A stretch of 32,000 nt of DNA from Methanocaldococcus jannaschii DSM 2661. GTDB taxonomy: Archaea; AGJL01; Methanococci; Methanococcales; Methanocaldococcaceae. Numbering within the stretch: the first letter of the stretch is position 1; each line of letters begins with the position of its first letter. Location of the stretch: contig NC_000909.1 in the NCBI RefSeq assembly GCF_000091665.1, positions 1 through 32,000 of the forward strand, in the 5' to 3' direction. This document shows, piece after piece, positions 28,018 to 32,000 of the stretch. The notes under the pieces are model-generated. The model saw nothing but the letters and a program-made list of their open reading frames with translations. It did no database searches and was not told the DNA's origin. The translations under genes were made by a program, and so were the position numbers.

Positions 28018-28572
28018 TTATAAGTGGGATTTATTTGATGAGTGTCTATATTTTTCAATAATTTTTAAATAACCTATAACCAATACTGGAACTAACGTTA
28101 ATATAACCCCATATCCCGCAATTTCATGATATAGATAAGAACTCTCCGGATGCATATTTACCAAATAGCAAATCAATACAATCCTAAAAATATTTACAAA
28201 AAATGCTAACAATACAAAAAAGATTCCAATTATAAACTCTTTAATGTTTTTTGAATAAACAATAATTAGAGCTAAAAGTCCAGCAATTAAAAAACTTCCT
28301 GTGCATTCTTCAACCACTTCAACAGTGTTGTTTGGCAAATATATAAAATTATCTGCCAATCTTGCATCTGAAATAATTATTTTTGTAAATATGTAGCTTA
28401 GATATGTAACAATTCCTATTAAATATTTTCCAAAATAGCTTAAAATAAAAAACACTACTAAAAATATAATATAAAACTTTATCAAAAACAAAATTTTTTC
28501 TTTTTTACTCAATTTACCATTTGTGAATGTATCCTCCACCATAAAATTCCTCTCCATCAATAAACTGCCCAT
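28018..28572 (-). CDS. Exosortase/archaeosortase family membrane transpeptidase-like protein
   Basis: Multi-TM with the conserved catalytic triad pattern EVVEECTGSFLIAG, FVNIFRIVLICYL, YLYHEIAGYG. The true start is probably an internal Met. Confidence 0.8.
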   Translation of the reverse strand: MGSLLMERNFMVEDTFTNGKLSKKEKILFLIKFYIIFLVVFFILSYFGKYLIGIVTYLSYIFTKIIISDARLADNFIYLPNNTVEVVEECTGSFLIAGLLALIIVYSKNIKEFIIGIFFVLLAFFVNIFRIVLICYLVNMHPESSYLYHEIAGYGVILTLVPVLVIGYLKIIEKYRHSSNKSHL

Positions 28573-29473
28573 CTTCTATAATTTTACCGATTTTATAAAT
28601 CTTTGAATAGCCTTTTAGTGAATCTTTCACTTTATTAAATTTAGATGTTGTGAATAAAAGCTCAAACTCCTCTCCACTATTTAGAGCAACTTTTATGGGG
28701 TTTAAATTAAAGGCATCACAAAATTCAATGACATCTTCTGGAATAAGCTTAAAAATCCTATCACTGTATATCTCAAAATTTTTGAAATAAGTAATTTCCT
28801 TTCCCAAACCGTCTGAGATGTCACAACAACCATTTATGAGTTTATTCATTAATAGCCCTTCTTTAATCCTTGCAATAGGTTTTCTTAATTTTTCAATAAT
28901 CTTTGGATATTTCTGGCAGAGTCTTTCAAACTCTTTGTAGCTAATTTTGTTCTCTTTAAGCATATAATATAGAGTTAAAGCACAATAAACCCTACCTAAA
29001 TCATTAGTTACACAGATATCATCCCCAACTTTCCCTCTCCTATATATAGGATTGTCAGTTATTCCAAAGGCAGTTCCTGATAATATGAGCTCATCTCCCC
29101 TATTTGTATCCCCACCAACCACTGGGCAGTCATAAAGCTTAGAAAAATCATCTAAGCCAGAATAAAGCTCTTTAATAAACTTCTCATTTGCTTCTTCCTT
29201 AGATAGGGATATCGATACTAAAAATGCCAATGGCTTGGCTCCCATAGATGCAATATCTGAAACATTGGCGGTTAAAATTCTCCCTCCAATTTCATATGGG
29301 GATAATATAGAAGGGATATGGGCTTTTTTAACCATCATGTCTGTTGTAGCAACTAAATAAAAATTTTCATCAATTTTTATAATTGCACAGTCATCATCAA
29401 TGCCTTTTACAATATTTTCATTAGAAAACTTTAGAGTTTTTTTGATTATTTCAATTACTTTCATCTCGTCCAT
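28514..29473 (-). CDS. thiL: Thiamine-monophosphate kinase
   Basis: GIDDDCAIIKIDENFYLVATTDMMVKKAHIP; RILTANVSDIASMGAKPLAFLVS; GGDTNRGDELILSGTAFG; DISDGLGKEI. Confidence 0.95.
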   Translation of the reverse strand: MDEMKVIEIIKKTLKFSNENIVKGIDDDCAIIKIDENFYLVATTDMMVKKAHIPSILSPYEIGGRILTANVSDIASMGAKPLAFLVSISLSKEEANEKFIKELYSGLDDFSKLYDCPVVGGDTNRGDELILSGTAFGITDNPIYRRGKVGDDICVTNDLGRVYCALTLYYMLKENKISYKEFERLCQKYPKIIEKLRKPIARIKEGLLMNKLINGCCDISDGLGKEITYFKNFEIYSDRIFKLIPEDVIEFCDAFNLNPIKVALNSGEEFELLFTTSKFNKVKDSLKGYSKIYKIGKIIEDGQFIDGEEFYGGGYIHKW

Positions 29474-29550
29474 TTTTAGCCCCTCTAATTAGAATAAAAG
29501 AAGTTTTTTATGACTTTTCTTTATTAGTTGATAAATAAAAAAAGGAAAAG

Positions 29551-29611
29551 TGGCATCAGCCGGCTTGCTACTCATCATAACTCAGACGGGGATAAACGTC
29601 ATCATCTGCCA
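29551..29611 (-). ncRNA. C/D box sRNA (2'-O-methylation guide)
   Basis: On the minus strand: stem TGGCA, C box ATGATGA, guide cgtttatccccgt, D' box CTGA, C' box ATGATGA, guide gtagcaagccgg, D box CTGA, stem TGCCA. Confidence 0.9.
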
Positions 29612-29852
29612 AATAAATACTCTTAGCGTTACATTTATTTAAATCTTTTTAGAGTATGGTAATATCTATTTATAATATTTTATTCGATTAATAATACAAA
29701 AAATTGATTTTTAACATATCCAAAAACCTAAATCCCTATATTGGCATTTTTAAAGAGATATTAGCTTATATAAGCTTATATAAAACAACCTAATGATAGT
29801 TGATTAAACAAATATCTCTTTTCAATGTTTTATTACTTTGGAGGTGAATTTT

Positions 29853-31085
29853 GTGACCAATAGAATAGAAATTGCCCCTACAACCAGGCATGAAGGACAC
29901 GCCAAATTAATTTTAGAGGTTGATGAGGAGGGAATTGTAAATAAAGCATACTATTTAAACACAACCCCAGTTAGAGGATTCGAAACAATGTTAAAGGGCA
30001 AGCCAGCAGAGTTTGCTCCAATAGCAGTGATGAGAATCTGTGGAATCTGTCAAACCACACACGGAATTGCCTCCTGTGAAGCTATAGAAAACGCTATTGA
30101 CTGTGAAGTTCCAGATGATGGTTTGCTATTAAGGGAGTTAGTAGGAATTGGAAATAGATTGCACTCCCACCCATTACACCACCTATTGACAATTGACGAC
30201 TTCTTAAAACCAGATGAGACAGATTTAAAAATTGAACTAATAAAATTAATCCAAAGAATGAGAAAGGTTGGACAATTAGTTGTAGATATTGTAGGAGGAG
30301 AAGGAATCCACCCACCAAACATTGTAATTGGTGGAATGAGAACAAACATAACAGAGAGAGCTAAATCAAGACTATACTATGCATTAAGACAGTATGAAAA
30401 AGATGCCTATGAGTTGTATGAGAAATACACTGAATTAATTGAAAGATACTTAGAAGAGATTGGAATCCCAGACTTAGGAGCTCATGAATATCCATATATA
30501 GCAACTCACACAACATACGGAGACAGATATGCAATAAACTGGGATGATGTAACTGAAATTCCAGCCCAAAGATACTACGATGATGAAGAAGCTAAACAAA
30601 CAACAACAATCCAAATTCCTTTATATGCTGGAGTTCCTGCTGAAGGAGGGCCAAGAGCAAGAATGGTCAAGTTTGGTAATTTCAGAGAAGGAGGAAGTGC
30701 AATGGATATAAATATAGCAAGAGCTCAAGAGAACCTTGGAGCTGTTTATAGAGCTTTAGAGATTTTAGATGAACTCGACTTAAACGGAAAAACAAGAGCT
30801 GAGGTAGAATATAAAGATGGCTTTGGAATAGGGGTTCATGAAGCTCCAAGAGCTACAAACACACACATGGCAGAAGTTGGAAAGGATGGAAAAATTAAGA
30901 GCTATAGAATTATAGCGGCATCAACATGGAACTTCCCAATTGTTGAAAAGGCAATTGAAGGCTATCCACAGCAGTATGCTGAAGTCATAATGAGAGCTTA
31001 TGATATATGAGCTTCATGTGCAACACACGTTATAGTTAAAGATGAAGAGACAAAAGAGATTATAGAAGTTAGAAAAATGTTATAA
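29853..31085 (+). CDS. frhA: F420-reducing [NiFe] hydrogenase large subunit, selenocysteine-containing
   Basis: MRICGICQTTHG N-terminal Ni ligands. TGA at 31008-31010 sits in the C-terminal Ni-binding motif: AYDI-U-ASCATHVIVKDEETKEIIEVRKML, then TAA at 31083-31085. GTG start at 29853 behind a ggaggtg ribosome-binding site. Confidence 0.95.
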
Positions 31086-31119
31086 GCCTCGAGGGGAACC
31101 CGAAAGGGACCCGAGAGGC
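31086..31119 (+). ncRNA. Archaeal SECIS element in the frhA 3' UTR
   Basis: GCCTC-GA-GGG-GAA-CCC-GAAA-GGG-A-CCC-GA-GAGGC: GAA/A asymmetric internal loop flanked by GC-only stems, starting directly after the stop. Confidence 0.92.
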
Positions 31120-31121
31120 AT

Positions 31122-31216
31122 AACAGGACTTTCGCAGGAATAAATATTCAATGGAATATAGACATCCAAAGATGTCAAAGTTCCAAAGTGCATATATAAA
31201 CTGCGAAAGTCCTGTT
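31122..31216. repeat. MITE-like inverted-repeat element between frhA and frhD
   Basis: 16-bp perfect arms AACAGGACTTTCGCAG (31122-31137) and CTGCGAAAGTCCTGTT (31201-31216), 63-nt interior containing GACATC-CAAA-GATGTC (31161-31176). Confidence 0.8.
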
Positions 31217-31254
31217 TCTTTGGAAGCTTAAATTAAACCCTTAAAAAACTTAAA

Positions 31255-31806
31255 ATGAATGAAACCATGAAGGCAGAGATAGAAAGCCAAGATGATGAAT
31301 TGTTTGATTTAACCCCTTCATATTTAAAAAAAGAGATTATGGTCTTAGCTTGTGGTAATATACTATTTGCCGATGATGGCTTTAGCGTTCATGTCATTGA
31401 AAAATTAAACAAAATCTTAACTGACAAAGAAAAACAAAAAATTGCCTTAGTTGATGCTGGAGCTGGAGCCCCTCAGCAAGTTTTAACATTAATAGATGAA
31501 AACTCTAAAACAAAAAAAATAATTGTTGTTGATGTAATTGATTGGGGAATAAAACCAGGAGAAATAAAAATAATTGAGAAGGATGAGCTTCCAAATCCAA
31601 AATATCATAGATTAGATTCTCATGACTGGCCTTTAGCTCCTTTATTAAGGGAAGTTGCTGAAAAATATAATATAGAGGTTAAAGTTGTCGGCTGTCAAGC
31701 CAAGTATATTTCTGAGCCAGATGTTTATATTGGGTTGAGTGAAGAGGTTGAAAAAGCCGTTGATAAGGCAGTTGAGATAATTCTTAGAGAGTTGAGAGGT
31801 GATTAA
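31255..31806 (+). CDS. frhD: F420-reducing hydrogenase maturation protease
   Basis: [23 protein letters not shown]; VDAGAGAP; located in the frh order. Confidence 0.92.
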
Positions 31807-32000
31807 AGTGGTTAAAGTTGCTCATGTTCAATTATGCAGTTGTTGCGGTTGCTTAGTGTCTTTAGCAGACACATATGAAAAGCTTTTAGATGTTTTGAAT
31901 TCAATTGAGTTGGTTTATTGTCAAACTTTAGCAGATGCAAGAGAAATTCCTGAATGCGATATTGCTTTAGTTGAAGGCTCTGTCTGTTTAGATGACCACC
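31799..32000 (+). CDS. frhG: F420-reducing hydrogenase small subunit, 5' portion (runs off the window)
   Basis: Frame from GTG 31799 encodes [66 protein letters not shown]; CxxC proximal cluster motif. Confidence 0.9.

Overview
The window matches the genome style and gene order of a hyperthermophilic Methanocaldococcus (M. jannaschii-like). This rests on recognising the proteins, not on a database search. It opens with a CRISPR array of 25 near-perfect repeats plus 1 degenerate repeat, with an apparent leader and no cas genes. Next come an aminotransferase, a nucleotidyltransferase, a decayed YedE-type transporter gene, a TudS-like protein, a 2-hydroxyacyl-CoA-dehydratase-type activator and its double-cubane-type partner, and compact F420-type formate dehydrogenase genes. 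A TIM-barrel / PP-loop-like / phosphoglycerate-mutase-like trio follows. A mobile-element pile-up (IS607-type with a stop-interrupted tnpB, IS982-like, IS6-like with 16-bp TIRs) sits on remnants of a heptose-biosynthesis hldE-gmhB pair. The rest of the window holds a class III signal-peptide beta-helix protein, gatE and gatD, a radical SAM gene, cbiD, a thiL / archaeosortase / m5C-methyltransferase / rtcA / archease cluster, and frhA-frhD-frhG. The strongest non-coding signals are: (1) block-structured variation in the bases flanking the CRISPR repeats; (2) an frhA in-frame TGA followed by a textbook archaeal SECIS hairpin immediately after the true stop; (3) two canonical C/D box sRNAs on the minus strand; (4) three consecutive GAA-triloop hairpins at the 3' end of tnpB; (5) a family of tiny perfect hairpins, one cluster forming the start of an ORF; (6) two MITE-like elements with 16-bp inverted repeats; (7) a repeated TATTAGA-N3-TCTAATA palindrome around the double-cubane gene. 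I did not find a clear new multi-gene defence system.
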